53,361 bases of DNA from an uncultured Clostridia bacterium. GTDB taxonomy: Bacteria > Bacillota > Clostridia > Oscillospirales > CAG-272. The notes beneath the pieces are model-generated. The model saw only the letters and a program-made list of their open reading frames with translations, made no database searches and had not been told where the DNA came from. Every line of letters begins with the position of its first letter. Within the stretch, counting starts at the first letter, position 1. The position numbers and the translations under genes are program-made. Of this stretch, positions 20,558 to 30,571 are shown piece by piece. The DNA lies in the NCBI GenBank assembly GCA_944384515.1, contig CALWTU010000032.1, positions 1-53,361 on the forward strand, read 5' to 3'.

Positions 20558-20598
20558 AAAAAGAGATAGCTTTGATTTTTGCGGCTATCTCTTTTTTT
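20558..20598 (+). terminator. Terminator after rpmB
   Basis: AAAAAGAGATAGC...GCTATCTCTTTTT plus T-run. Confidence 0.75.
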
Positions 20599-20672
20599 CT
20601 GATGTATTTGTTTTTTATCTGAATGTTTTATAATTTACGGCTTTTCGGTCGGTTAATTTTTCGAGGTGCGGT

Positions 20673-21464
20673 ATGAAGGTTGCTGTTGTTGACTGCAGAA
20701 TAACAGAAAAATGCGAGGCGGCTCTCATTGATGAGGGGTTTGATGTAATCAAACTTGCGCCGTACCCGACGGTTGCAAAGCCTGTTGCATCGCACACAGA
20801 TATCATTATTTTTAACCACGCAAACACCCTGATTATATCGAAAGAGTACGCAAAGCTCTATCCCGACATATATGAAAAATTAAAGAGACTTGAGCGCTTT
20901 GTAAACATCATACTCTCGGATACGGTTCCGACAGGCGATTATCCGACCGACGCCGTCTTTAACGCCCTTGCGGCAGGAGATAAGCTGTTTATAAAAACAG
21001 ACAGCGCCTCCGAGAGTATCATAGAATACGCAAAATCAAACAACCTTAAGATTGTGCACACAAAACAGGGTTACCCAAAATGCACTGTTCTGTCGTTTGC
21101 AGGATGTGCCGTTACAGCCGACACAGGTATGGCAAAAATACTCAAAAGAGAAGGAATAAAGGTCTTTAAAATATCCGACTCCGACATTTCACTCTACCCG
21201 TACAAATACGGCTTTATCGGCGGATGTGCCGGGGTTTACAAAAAGAATATATTTTTTCTCGGCAACATCGAAAAGCATCCCGACTTCTCGATAATCCGCG
21301 AGGCAGCCGCCGCACAGGGATACACGCTAAAGAGCCTCTCGGATGAAAATCTAACCGATCTCGGCGGAATCCTCTTTTTTGATGATGACATTCATAATAG
21401 CTGTGAAAACAGGAATGAGGAGCAGTCCCAAAAAACCGAAGAAGTAGTACCCCGTGTAAAGTAA
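20673..21464 (+). CDS. Conserved hypothetical protein (DUF6873-like, amidinotransferase-like fold)
   Basis: H.D, YP.D..FN, KQGY.KC, TAD.G, YGFIGG, DLGG motifs; RBS GAGGTG. Confidence 0.65.
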   Translation: MKVAVVDCRITEKCEAALIDEGFDVIKLAPYPTVAKPVASHTDIIIFNHANTLIISKEYAKLYPDIYEKLKRLERFVNIILSDTVPTGDYPTDAVFNALAAGDKLFIKTDSASESIIEYAKSNNLKIVHTKQGYPKCTVLSFAGCAVTADTGMAKILKREGIKVFKISDSDISLYPYKYGFIGGCAGVYKKNIFFLGNIEKHPDFSIIREAAAAQGYTLKSLSDENLTDLGGILFFDDDIHNSCENRNEEQSQKTEEVVPRVK

Positions 21465-22394
21465 AATGATGCTCAGCACCGGGTGCAGTCCTAAGTTTTT
21501 ACCGAGAATTTTTGGTTCGGCAATCTGCCTTATTATCTGATGGACGACTAAAAGAAGTATCAGTCCGACGCACATGAAAACATCTCCCCATATAAAAGAG
21601 TATATACTCCACGGTATAAGCACAACGCCTACGCCCAACAGCGGCAGTGCGTCAAGCACGGCGACCACAAGCGCCAAAATAAGCTGATACTCAACTCTTA
21701 AAATCAAAAATCCGACCAGCATAACGACAAATGTCAAAATCATAATTATAAGGTAGGAACGCAGATATTTCAATAAGATTTTGAGAAAGTTGTTTTTGAA
21801 ATTTACGATTTTTTTCCTTTGATCTTCGTTGAATATACTTAATACTCCCTTATTTATTCCGTCAAGGTCGAGAGAAAAATACAGTGCGGATATTACTGTT
21901 GCAAGTATGAACAGAGCCACTCTCGGAACCGAACCTATAAAGTTGCCGATAAAATCCATTAGTCTGTTCAGTGCGGCATTTGCCATACCGATAAGAGCGT
22001 CTGTTATCTTCTCAATAATCTGTTCCCTGTTCTCCCCCTTAATAATTGTATCAAACGGGTTAAGTATTTTATCAAGTATATCGCTGATATTCATGTTGTT
22101 GTTTTCTACAAGGCTTACAAGTTCTTTTATTCCGAGAACAATTCCCAAGCTCGTCAATCCCAAAATTGCAAGCACTAAGAATATGGTCAGTACCAGACTT
22201 ACGATTTTCGGCGGTATATGGGTGAGATCTGACAGCTTATACGCCAGCGGCCGAACCGAAAATGCCACCGCCCATGCAATCAAAAACGGCAGTACCGCAA
22301 AGAAAATGTACTTAAAGAAAGCATACCCTATAAATGTAAAGGCAATAATCACAATGCCGATGTAAGCTAAGGTTTGTATCTTTTCTCTATTCAT
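21351..22394 (-). CDS. ytvI: Sporulation integral membrane protein YtvI (AI-2E family)
   Basis: Multi-TM; PFLIA, DALPLLGVG..LIPW, RQIAEPKILGKNLGLHP. Confidence 0.85.
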   Translation of the reverse strand: MNREKIQTLAYIGIVIIAFTFIGYAFFKYIFFAVLPFLIAWAVAFSVRPLAYKLSDLTHIPPKIVSLVLTIFLVLAILGLTSLGIVLGIKELVSLVENNNMNISDILDKILNPFDTIIKGENREQIIEKITDALIGMANAALNRLMDFIGNFIGSVPRVALFILATVISALYFSLDLDGINKGVLSIFNEDQRKKIVNFKNNFLKILLKYLRSYLIIMILTFVVMLVGFLILRVEYQLILALVVAVLDALPLLGVGVVLIPWSIYSFIWGDVFMCVGLILLLVVHQIIRQIAEPKILGKNLGLHPVLSIILLYTGYYFFGFLGLLLIPVFTAIMNVIIKKEDSAEIG

Positions 22395-22465
22395 TTTATC
22401 CCTCGTTTTTTTATTTAATTATAGACTGAAATAAACAAAAATATAACAAAAGGAGACTTTTTATT

Positions 22466-22936
22466 ATGGTTGTTATCGAAATGGAAAACGGCGGTGTAAT
22501 CAAACTCGAATTATACCCCGAACACGCACCCAAAACCGTGGAAAACTTTTTGTCACTTGTAAACTCAGGCTTTTATGACGGACTTACCTTTCACAGAGTA
22601 ATTCCGGGATTTATGATACAGGGCGGCGACCCTCTCGGAAACGGTATGGGCGGCTCTGACAACAAAATCGTCGGCGAATTCAGCGCAAACGGCATAAACA
22701 ACCCCTTAAAGCACACAAGAGGAGTTATCTCCATGGCCCGTGCATTTGATCCCAACTCCGCTTCAAGTCAGTTCTTTATCATGCACGAGGACGCACCCCA
22801 CCTTGACGGTCAGTATGCGGCATTCGGAATGGTTGTAGAGGGAATGGATACGGTTGACGAGATTGCGTCAATACCCACGGATTTCAGAGACAAACCCAAA
22901 GTTGCCGTAAGAATAAAGAAGGTTTATACTGTTTAA
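22466..22936 (+). CDS. Cyclophilin-type peptidyl-prolyl isomerase
   Basis: APKTVENF, FYDGLTFHRVIPGFMIQGGDP, SQFFI, HLDGQYAAFG. Confidence 0.95.
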   Translation: MVVIEMENGGVIKLELYPEHAPKTVENFLSLVNSGFYDGLTFHRVIPGFMIQGGDPLGNGMGGSDNKIVGEFSANGINNPLKHTRGVISMARAFDPNSASSQFFIMHEDAPHLDGQYAAFGMVVEGMDTVDEIASIPTDFRDKPKVAVRIKKVYTV

Positions 22937-22964
22937 AAGATAAAATTACAATATACCTATAAGT

Positions 22965-23066
22965 AAACGGGCGGTCTGCTTTTTGCAAAGACCGCCCGTT
23001 GGTTTATTGCTTTCGATTTTTAAATCAAAACGGCGGGGCTTGAGTTAACAAGACCCGCCGGCTTTT
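22965..23066. terminator. Two tandem stem-loops between convergent genes
   Basis: AACGGGCGGTCT..AGACCGCCCGTT (22966-23000) and CGGCGGG..CCCGCCG (~23031-23060) with flanking A/T runs. Confidence 0.65.
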
Positions 23067-23103
23067 ATTTATTTTAAGGTCAGTATAAATTTCTTTATCT
23101 GCT

Positions 23104-23868
23104 TCAGTTTGCTTTTACGGCTTCGGGATGCTTTTTCATTATAACCGAAAGAGCTGCACGGTCTGCGCAAACAACAACCTCGCCCTTAAAGAACTGAAGT
23201 ATTGATGCGGGAACCTGAGGTGTAACCTTGCCGAAAAGCGCCTTTTCAAGTATCTCTGCTTTTCCCTCTCCTATTGCAATAAGCAGAACCTTATTGCTCG
23301 CCATAATCTGGCCGACACCCATAGAGAGCGCCTGTGTGGGAACCATATCACGGGTAGCGAAGAAACGGGAGTTTGCGTCAATAGTAGAGTCTGTGAGCTG
23401 TACAAGTCCTGTACCGAGTGAGAAATAATCGCTCGGCTCATTAAATCCGATATGGCCGTTGTTGCCGATACCGAGTACCTGGATATCTATTCCGCCCATG
23501 CTCTCGATAACCTTGTCATATCTCTTGCACTCTGCCTCGGGGTCCTTGCAAAGTCCGCACGGAAGATTTGTATTCTCCTCTTTTATATCTATATGGTCAA
23601 AGAGGTTTTTGTGCATAAAATATGAGTAGCTCTGGTCGTGGTCCTTGCTCAGTCCCACATATTCATCAAGGTTGACACTTCTGACATCCTTAAATGAAAT
23701 CTCGCCGTTTTTACACATTTTTATAAGCTCACTGTACATTCCGATGGGGGATGAACCTGTCGCCAAGCCGAGCACCGCATCGGGCTTGTTCTTTATAACA
23801 TCCGCCATAACCTTGGCTGCGCTTACACCAACATTCTCTGCATTATACGAATAAATTATTTTTATCAT
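23104..23868 (-). CDS. nagB: Glucosamine-6-phosphate deaminase
   Basis: LGLATGSSP, NLDEYVG, LGIGNNGHIGFNEP, VPASILQ; ATG 23868 with AAGGAG RBS. Confidence 0.93.
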   Translation of the reverse strand: MIKIIYSYNAENVGVSAAKVMADVIKNKPDAVLGLATGSSPIGMYSELIKMCKNGEISFKDVRSVNLDEYVGLSKDHDQSYSYFMHKNLFDHIDIKEENTNLPCGLCKDPEAECKRYDKVIESMGGIDIQVLGIGNNGHIGFNEPSDYFSLGTGLVQLTDSTIDANSRFFATRDMVPTQALSMGVGQIMASNKVLLIAIGEGKAEILEKALFGKVTPQVPASILQFFKGEVVVCADRAALSVIMKKHPEAVKAN

Positions 23869-23882
23869 ATTCTGCTCCTTTA

Positions 23883-24977
23883 TCAAACGTACTTCTTAAC
23901 GATTGCTTTCATTTCTTCAATTCTGCTTTCCATATCGCTGACAAGCTTAAACTGGTTTCTCGCTCTGTCAAGGTTCTGATTAGCTCTCGATGTTCTGAAA
24001 TATGTATCACCATTCAGATAGTCTGTCAAAAATCTCATTCCGCACTCAAATGTCATCATCATTGCGGCATAAGGCAAAAGCTCAATCTCACCCTCTGTAA
24101 GTCCGCCCTTGGCTCCCTCAATAAAGCCCTTTACATAGAGCTCATAAAGGGATATATCAAAATTAACCTTAGAAAGATCTGCCTCATCCTCTGCCGCTGT
24201 TGTAGCGCCGAATCTTATAGAATCTCCAAAGTCGTTCACCGCATAGCCGGGCATTATTGTATCAAGGTCGATAATGCAAAGCGGTCTGTCCGTCTTTTTA
24301 TCAAAAAGAATATTGTTGAGTTTGGTATCGTTGTGGGTAACCTTAAGAGGAAGTTTTCCCTCCTTATGCGCTCTCTCAAACATTGAGGCAAATTCCTGCC
24401 TGTCTGTCGCAAAACGCACATCCTCACTGACAGAGCTAAGTCTTGAACACTTATCCTCTTTCACAGCCTCCATAAGCTGTCTGTATCTGTCCTCTGTATT
24501 ATGGAAGTTAACGATTGTCTCTGTCAGAGTGTCTGCGGGATAGTTGCGCAGAAGATACTGGAAGTTTCCGAACGCAACGGCACAGTGATAAAACTGCTCC
24601 GGTCTCTCAACTCTGTCATAACTCACACTGTCAACCACAAACACGAGCATACGCCAATACTCACCGTCCTCGGTAAGATAAAAATTCTTTCCGTCCTTTG
24701 TCTTGATAACATTGAGAGTTTCTCTCATCGGATCTCCGCCGTTATTTTTAATGATATTGCCGAGATACTCCGTCACCTTGCAGTAATTGTCCATAAGCTG
24801 TTCGGGATCTTTGAATACATTCTTGTTAATCTTCTGGAGGATGTACCAAACCTCTTTATCACCCTCAGCCGTTACAACAAGCCTTGTATCATTTATATGT
24901 CCCGAGCCGTAAGGAGTCGCACTGATAAATTTTCCGCCAATGTCAAACTGTTCTACAATAAACTGTTCCTTTGTCAT
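23883..24977 (-). CDS. APH/choline kinase-like phosphotransferase, N-acetylhexosamine 1-kinase (NahK)-like
   Basis: G.GHINDT, HNDTKLNN, IDLDT.MPG, DFGD.IR, RFLTDYL.GD.YF; adjacent to nagB. Confidence 0.75.
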   Translation of the reverse strand: MTKEQFIVEQFDIGGKFISATPYGSGHINDTRLVVTAEGDKEVWYILQKINKNVFKDPEQLMDNYCKVTEYLGNIIKNNGGDPMRETLNVIKTKDGKNFYLTEDGEYWRMLVFVVDSVSYDRVERPEQFYHCAVAFGNFQYLLRNYPADTLTETIVNFHNTEDRYRQLMEAVKEDKCSRLSSVSEDVRFATDRQEFASMFERAHKEGKLPLKVTHNDTKLNNILFDKKTDRPLCIIDLDTIMPGYAVNDFGDSIRFGATTAAEDEADLSKVNFDISLYELYVKGFIEGAKGGLTEGEIELLPYAAMMMTFECGMRFLTDYLNGDTYFRTSRANQNLDRARNQFKLVSDMESRIEEMKAIVKKYV

Positions 24978-24999
24978 TTTTCCACCTCAAAAAACGTTT

Positions 25000-25956
25000 T
25001 TATTTATTCTGTAATCCCAAAAGTGCCGCGCCGATAATTCCCGCATCATTTCTGAAAGTTGCACACACTACCTTTGTACGCATAACGCCTATGCCGAACG
25101 ACTCGTGATATACCTTCTCACGAAGCGGCCTCATAAGGTTTTCTCCCTCTCTTGAAATACCTCCGCCGACGCATACTACATCCGGCTGGAAAATATTTAT
25201 CGCATTGCTTATTCCGAGCGCAAGATAATCTATAAACTCGTCGACAAGTATCTTGCCGCATGGATCGCCCTGCTCCATGGCAGCAAACGCAGTCTTTCCG
25301 TTAACCCTGTCAAGATTGCCCTCGACATACTTCCACATCAAGCTTTCAGGATAAAGTCCCATCATCCTCTTTGTCTCGCGAATAAGAGCCGTCGCAGAAC
25401 AGTATGCCTCTATGCACCCGCGCTTTCCGCAACCGCATGTTCTGCCACCGGGCACTATAACAGCATGCCCCATTTCAGCGGCAAAACCGTTATTTCCCTC
25501 CCAGATCTTACCGTCGATTATAATTCCGCCTCCGACGCCTGTACCGAGAGTAAATGCTATAAGAGATTTGGCTCCTTTTCCCGAACCCCATACAGCCTCG
25601 GCATATGCTGCCGCATTGGCATCGTTTGCTATGTACACAGGACGGTTGGTTCTCTTACTGAGTATATCGACAAACTTAACATTCTTCCATCCGAGATTGA
25701 ATGCAACCACAACCTCATCTCCCTTAATTACACCGGGAGAGGCTACTCCGATCCACTCAAGGTCGCCCATCTCTATTTCCTGCATTGCGCAAAGCCTGCG
25801 ACAAATTTCCGCTATATCATCAGATATGCTCTCGCAGGACCTGGGGGCATTGGTTTTAACACTGAGCGACTTCACAATAGCTTTTAAATCAAGATCAATC
25901 AGTCCCACGGCAATATTAGTTCCGCCAAGGTCAACACCGATACAGTATTTTGACAT
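25000..25956 (-). CDS. ROK family sugar kinase (glucokinase-like)
   Basis: GVDLGGT, NDANAAA, TLGTGVGGG, E.GH, CGCG..GCIE. Confidence 0.9.
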   Translation of the reverse strand: MSKYCIGVDLGGTNIAVGLIDLDLKAIVKSLSVKTNAPRSCESISDDIAEICRRLCAMQEIEMGDLEWIGVASPGVIKGDEVVVAFNLGWKNVKFVDILSKRTNRPVYIANDANAAAYAEAVWGSGKGAKSLIAFTLGTGVGGGIIIDGKIWEGNNGFAAEMGHAVIVPGGRTCGCGKRGCIEAYCSATALIRETKRMMGLYPESLMWKYVEGNLDRVNGKTAFAAMEQGDPCGKILVDEFIDYLALGISNAINIFQPDVVCVGGGISREGENLMRPLREKVYHESFGIGVMRTKVVCATFRNDAGIIGAALLGLQNK

Positions 25957-26019
25957 CTTCAGTTCTCCTGTTAAATTTTTATGATACTAATACTCTTTAA
26001 CTAATTATATAACAGTATA

Positions 26020-26048
26020 TTGACAAACGCAAGTGAAAAAAGTATAAT
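26020..26048 (+). promoter_or_regulatory. sigmaA promoter
   Basis: TTGACA-17 bp-TATAAT upstream of the AraC gene. Confidence 0.75.
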
Positions 26049-26101
26049 ATTTTGTAGAATAGAACAATTTTAGGCTAATTTTACAAGAAAGGCAGACTGT
26101 T

Positions 26102-26917
26102 ATGAAAAAAGCGGAGATAATATCCATACTGTTTGAACTTCATAAAATCACCGGCTTCAGAATGTCACTGCATGATATAAACTTTAACGAAATTGCCGCA
26201 TTCCCCCAGCACAGAATGCCGCTGTGCGCTCTGATCCAGGAGGCAAAAGGAGAATACGAATGCTGCGTTAACTCAGACAGAGAAGCGCTCAAAAAGGTTT
26301 ATGAGACAAAAAAACCGCTGATATACAAGTGTAGACACGGTCTTGTGGAGGCCATAAGTCCACTTTACAACTACGGCTCGCTGACCGGTTTTTTGATGAT
26401 GGGACAAATATGCGACAGTTCTGTAAACAAAGACGCTCTTTTGGAAAAACTCGATGATATAGGGCTTGAAAGAAGCCGCGTCACAGAAATTCTCTCACAA
26501 ATGCCGACGGTAAGAGAAGACATGACATCATCATACTTAAGAATAATGACTATATGTGCAGAGTATCTGACACTCTCCAACGCCCTGCCCAAAGAAAAAC
26601 TTTCAAACGCCGAAAACGCCATGATATACATAAAAGAAAACCTTGATAAGAAAATCACGATAAAAGACCTTTGCGACAGGACCGGATGCTCAAAAACAAC
26701 ACTTATCACAGAATTCAAAAAAACATACGGCATGACAGTCAACGCGCTCATAACAAAAGAGCGTCTCAGCCGTGCAAAAGAACTTTTGCACAGCGATATG
26801 AGCATTAATGAAATTTCCGCTGTGACGGGATTTTACGATCAGTCGTATTTTTCAAAAGTTTTTTCGGAGGAGTTCGGCTATACTCCGACAGAATTCAGAA
26901 AAGAGGTTCTAAAATGA
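26102..26917 (+). CDS. AraC family regulator with PocR-like sensor domain
   Basis: C..SD, YKCRHGL.E..P, GQ PocR motifs; C-terminal AraC HTH (GFYDQSYFSKVF...GYTP..FR). Confidence 0.88.
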   Translation: MKKAEIISILFELHKITGFRMSLHDINFNEIAAFPQHRMPLCALIQEAKGEYECCVNSDREALKKVYETKKPLIYKCRHGLVEAISPLYNYGSLTGFLMMGQICDSSVNKDALLEKLDDIGLERSRVTEILSQMPTVREDMTSSYLRIMTICAEYLTLSNALPKEKLSNAENAMIYIKENLDKKITIKDLCDRTGCSKTTLITEFKKTYGMTVNALITKERLSRAKELLHSDMSINEISAVTGFYDQSYFSKVFSEEFGYTPTEFRKEVLK

Positions 26918-27975
26918 AAATTATACATACATCCGACCTGCATCTCGACTCTCCCCTGTCGGCAAGGCTTAGCCCCCAAAACGCAAAAATACGGCGGGAG
27001 GAGCTCATCGGAACATTCAAGAAAATTATTTCAAAAGCCGCGAAATTTGATCGCGGAGCGGTTATTATATCGGGAGATTTATTTGATTGTGCAAACCCCT
27101 CTCCGAGGACGGTGAGTTATGTTACGGACCTTATTGCCGCCATGCCGAATGTCGCCTTCTTTTACCTGCTTGGAAATCATGAGTCGGAACTGCTTTTGAA
27201 TATGAAAATAAATCTTCCCCAAAATTTATACATGTTCAAAGATACATTCACAAGATACGATATCGGAAATGTATCAATTTACGGATGCAGTAAAATTCGC
27301 AAAAATATGTTTGAAAATTTCATGCCCGACAAAAACCGGATAAATATCCTCGTTTTACACGGCGTTTTGGCGGACCGGACTGACGACACCGAAAAAATAG
27401 GACTGAGGGACATCGAGGGGCTCGGAATTGATTATCTGGCTCTCGGTCACTACCACACATATTCACAGACAAAATACAGCGATGGGATTGCGGTATATTC
27501 CGGAACGCCCGAGGGGCGAGGATTTGACGAGACGGGAGATATGGGATATGTACTCATAGATACCGACGGCGGTGCCCTGACGCATAAATTTGTCAGCTGT
27601 GCGAAAAGAAAGATTTACGAAATAAATGTGGACATAACAGGCGCACAAAGCGAGCTTGAGTATGAAAAACTGATAGAGGCGAAACTGCGCCATATCTCAC
27701 CGGAGAGTTTGGTCAGAGTTGTCCTGACCGGCAGTCATGAGGCAGATATTTGCCCTGACGAAGAGAGACTTATGCGCAGCTTTGCGGACGGTTTTTACTG
27801 CTTTGAGCTCTACGACCGCTCAAAACTTAAAATTTCGCCCGGCGATTATCTGTATGACAAGTCGCTTAAAGGTGAGTTTATAAGACTTGTTATGGGAGAG
27901 GAAAACTTAAGCGAGGAAAAAAAGCAGAAAATAATTCAGTGCGCCATAAACGCACTGACAGGAGAGGAGATATAG
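26914..27975 (+). CDS. Mre11/SbcD-like metallophosphoesterase nuclease (YhaO-like)
   Basis: HTSDLHLD, SGDLFD, GNHE, HG, YLALGHYH, YSGTPEGRGFDE. Confidence 0.9.
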   Translation: MKIIHTSDLHLDSPLSARLSPQNAKIRREELIGTFKKIISKAAKFDRGAVIISGDLFDCANPSPRTVSYVTDLIAAMPNVAFFYLLGNHESELLLNMKINLPQNLYMFKDTFTRYDIGNVSIYGCSKIRKNMFENFMPDKNRINILVLHGVLADRTDDTEKIGLRDIEGLGIDYLALGHYHTYSQTKYSDGIAVYSGTPEGRGFDETGDMGYVLIDTDGGALTHKFVSCAKRKIYEINVDITGAQSELEYEKLIEAKLRHISPESLVRVVLTGSHEADICPDEERLMRSFADGFYCFELYDRSKLKISPGDYLYDKSLKGEFIRLVMGEENLSEEKKQKIIQCAINALTGEEI

Positions 27976-27982
27976 AAAAGTT

Positions 27983-30457
27983 ATGAAGCTTGTTGAGTGT
28001 TATATCGAAAACTTCGGAAAACTGCATAATTTTTCCTACAAGTTCGACAGTCAGCTCAATGTCATAAAAGAAGATAACGGATACGGCAAGACGACATTTA
28101 CAGTATTTTTAAAATCAATGCTCTACGGTCTTACAAAGACAAAGAATACAAAAATAACAGAGAACGAAAGAAAGCACTATCAGCCGTGGCAAAAGGGCTA
28201 CTGGGGCGGTTGGCTTATTATTGAGGCAAAAGGCAAACTGTACCGCATTGAGCGTGAGTTCAACGAAAAATACAGCAAAGATAAATTTGTTTTATACGAT
28301 GAGAGAAGCGGAAAGATATCAAACGATTACACTGAAAATATCGGAGAGGAACTTTTTGAGATAGATGCCGACGGATTTGAGAGGACGATATTTTTGTCGG
28401 AGGCGAATATATCCGGCACAAACGACAACAAAACCGTGTCGGCAAAACTATCCGACCTTGCGGCGACAGAAGCGGATCTCTCTATAATGGACGAGGCGAT
28501 AGCACGGCTTGACAACGAGAGAAAGAGATATGAGAAAAAAGGCGGCAAGGGAGAAATATACGATCTTAAGACAAGACTCGGAGTTATAGAAGAAAAACTG
28601 TTAAATCTGGCTGACGCCGAAAAGCAGATATCCGAAAACTATGCAAAAATCGCGCTGCTGAAAGAAAAACTGACCGCCGCCGAAGAGAAGAAAAAACGGT
28701 GCGAGGAAAAAATCCGGGAGCACCTCGAAAGAGAAAAACTGCAAATACACCAAAGCTATTATGAAACACTGAAAAGCAACGCAAAAATGCGTGAAAAAGA
28801 AGTGCGGGATGCGGAAAATTTCTTTAACGGATATATTCCGACATCTGAAGAAATATACCGTCAAAAAAGGGCATATGACACATATTTGCAAGAGAAAGAA
28901 GCTCTGAATAAGCACTCTTGTGCCGACGCATCAAGCGAAAATAAATACAACATCAGTGAGAGTGAACAAGAAGAAATAGACTCTCTTATTAACAAACTCA
29001 ACAGAATAGATGTGCTGACAGAGGATTTAAATGAAAGATTAAACAGGCAAACTGAGAGAATATCCTCAAAGGAAGATTACAAACCGCAAAGAGCGGAATA
29101 TGTCATGGGGTTGATTGAAAGACACACTCTGCTTTCATCTTACAAAAAGAGAAAAAAAGCCTACTTGGCTCTCTTCCCTGCCGCCCTTTTATCACTTGCC
29201 GCGGCAATTTTTTTCTATAATTCCCTGGCGGTTTTATCTGTATCCCTCCTTTCGGTCTCGGCTGTCATGTTTATTATCTCAGCTGTAAACTTTACGCTCT
29301 GCCGGAAAAACAAAAAGCACTCGAGAGAGCTATCTCAATTTAATGCAGATTTTTTTGCTATGACGGGGTTTGACAGCCGTAACACGGATGTGGGAAAAGT
29401 TTTGAGTGAATACCTTACCTTTTCCCAAAGCTACTACGAAAATGAAAAAGCAGAGATAAACTATTATAAAGAACTTGACGCTCTCAAAGAAGAAAAAAAG
29501 GCTCTTAATATAGAGGCGTGTCAAATTTTATGCAAGTTTCCCGATATTAAAAATGAGAATATCAAGGATGCTTTACGAAAAATCATAGACATGTGCAACG
29601 AGAACACAACTCTGATGAGGCAGGAGAAAACAGAATTTGAAGAAAGAAAAAGAAAAAGCAATATAATTTTTGCCGAATACCAGAAAGCACTTGATTTCAT
29701 AAAGCGCTATAATATTGGTGCAGATAACAAATTTGAATTTTTGGCAGAAAAACTCAACCGCTACAAAAATGCACTGTTTAATCTGAATGCAGCCGTCATG
29801 GAATGTGAAAAGTACCGGAAAAACAATAATTTTGAGATAGACGGCACATCACGGACGGACACAGTGGATGTCGGGCGCTCATATGAAGCTGAAATATCAG
29901 AGATAAGCCGTCTTTCGGACGAGATAAAAAAGGAGCTTATCAACACCGAAAAAGAAAACAATATTCTATCTCAAAAGACAGCGGACAAAGATGCTCTGGT
30001 AATGGAAAGAGATACGCTCAGAGAGAAAATAGAAAAATCCAAAGACAAGCTTGAGACGATAATCGCAACAATGCACTACCTTGAGAGCGCCAAGGATAAT
30101 ATAACTGAGGAATACCTATACAAGACAAAAAACGCCTTTAAAAAATACATATCCGAGCTGTCTGCAGAACAGGCAAAAGATTTCATGATAGACACCTCAT
30201 TCAATATTATGAAAACCGACCTCGGAGGCGCACGGGAAAGCGATGCATACAGCAGGGGCACCCGTGACATCTTCAATCTTTGTATGCGCTTTGCTCTGAT
30301 AGACTCTCTATATGAGAAAGAAAAACCGTTTATCATTCTTGACGACCCGTTTGCGCATCTTGACGACAAGGGAATAAAGCGCGGTCTTGAACTTTTAAAC
30401 AATTTAAAACAGTCAAGGCAGATAATCTATATTACCTGCCGAAATGAGAGAAGCTGA
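27983..30457 (+). CDS. Rad50/SbcC-like coiled-coil ATPase with TM hairpin (YhaN-like)
   Basis: NGYGKTT Walker A, long coiled coils, two hydrophobic helices at ~aa 395-440, YSRGT signature, ILDDPF Walker B. Confidence 0.85.
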   Translation: MKLVECYIENFGKLHNFSYKFDSQLNVIKEDNGYGKTTFTVFLKSMLYGLTKTKNTKITENERKHYQPWQKGYWGGWLIIEAKGKLYRIEREFNEKYSKDKFVLYDERSGKISNDYTENIGEELFEIDADGFERTIFLSEANISGTNDNKTVSAKLSDLAATEADLSIMDEAIARLDNERKRYEKKGGKGEIYDLKTRLGVIEEKLLNLADAEKQISENYAKIALLKEKLTAAEEKKKRCEEKIREHLEREKLQIHQSYYETLKSNAKMREKEVRDAENFFNGYIPTSEEIYRQKRAYDTYLQEKEALNKHSCADASSENKYNISESEQEEIDSLINKLNRIDVLTEDLNERLNRQTERISSKEDYKPQRAEYVMGLIERHTLLSSYKKRKKAYLALFPAALLSLAAAIFFYNSLAVLSVSLLSVSAVMFIISAVNFTLCRKNKKHSRELSQFNADFFAMTGFDSRNTDVGKVLSEYLTFSQSYYENEKAEINYYKELDALKEEKKALNIEACQILCKFPDIKNENIKDALRKIIDMCNENTTLMRQEKTEFEERKRKSNIIFAEYQKALDFIKRYNIGADNKFEFLAEKLNRYKNALFNLNAAVMECEKYRKNNNFEIDGTSRTDTVDVGRSYEAEISEISRLSDEIKKELINTEKENNILSQKTADKDALVMERDTLREKIEKSKDKLETIIATMHYLESAKDNITEEYLYKTKNAFKKYISELSAEQAKDFMIDTSFNIMKTDLGGARESDAYSRGTRDIFNLCMRFALIDSLYEKEKPFIILDDPFAHLDDKGIKRGLELLNNLKQSRQIIYITCRNERS

Positions 30458-30571
30458 ATCTATCTTGCTTGAGAGATAAAAACACTATATTTTAAAGACA
30501 AAATTCTTTCAAAAACATATGATGTTAAGGGGGACTTTTTTCATCGGGACAAAAAATGAAAGGATTTTAAA

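Noticed and set aside
23883-24977. Aminoglycoside resistance gene
   Set aside because: APH-like fold only; motifs and the nagB/ROK context fit a sugar kinase
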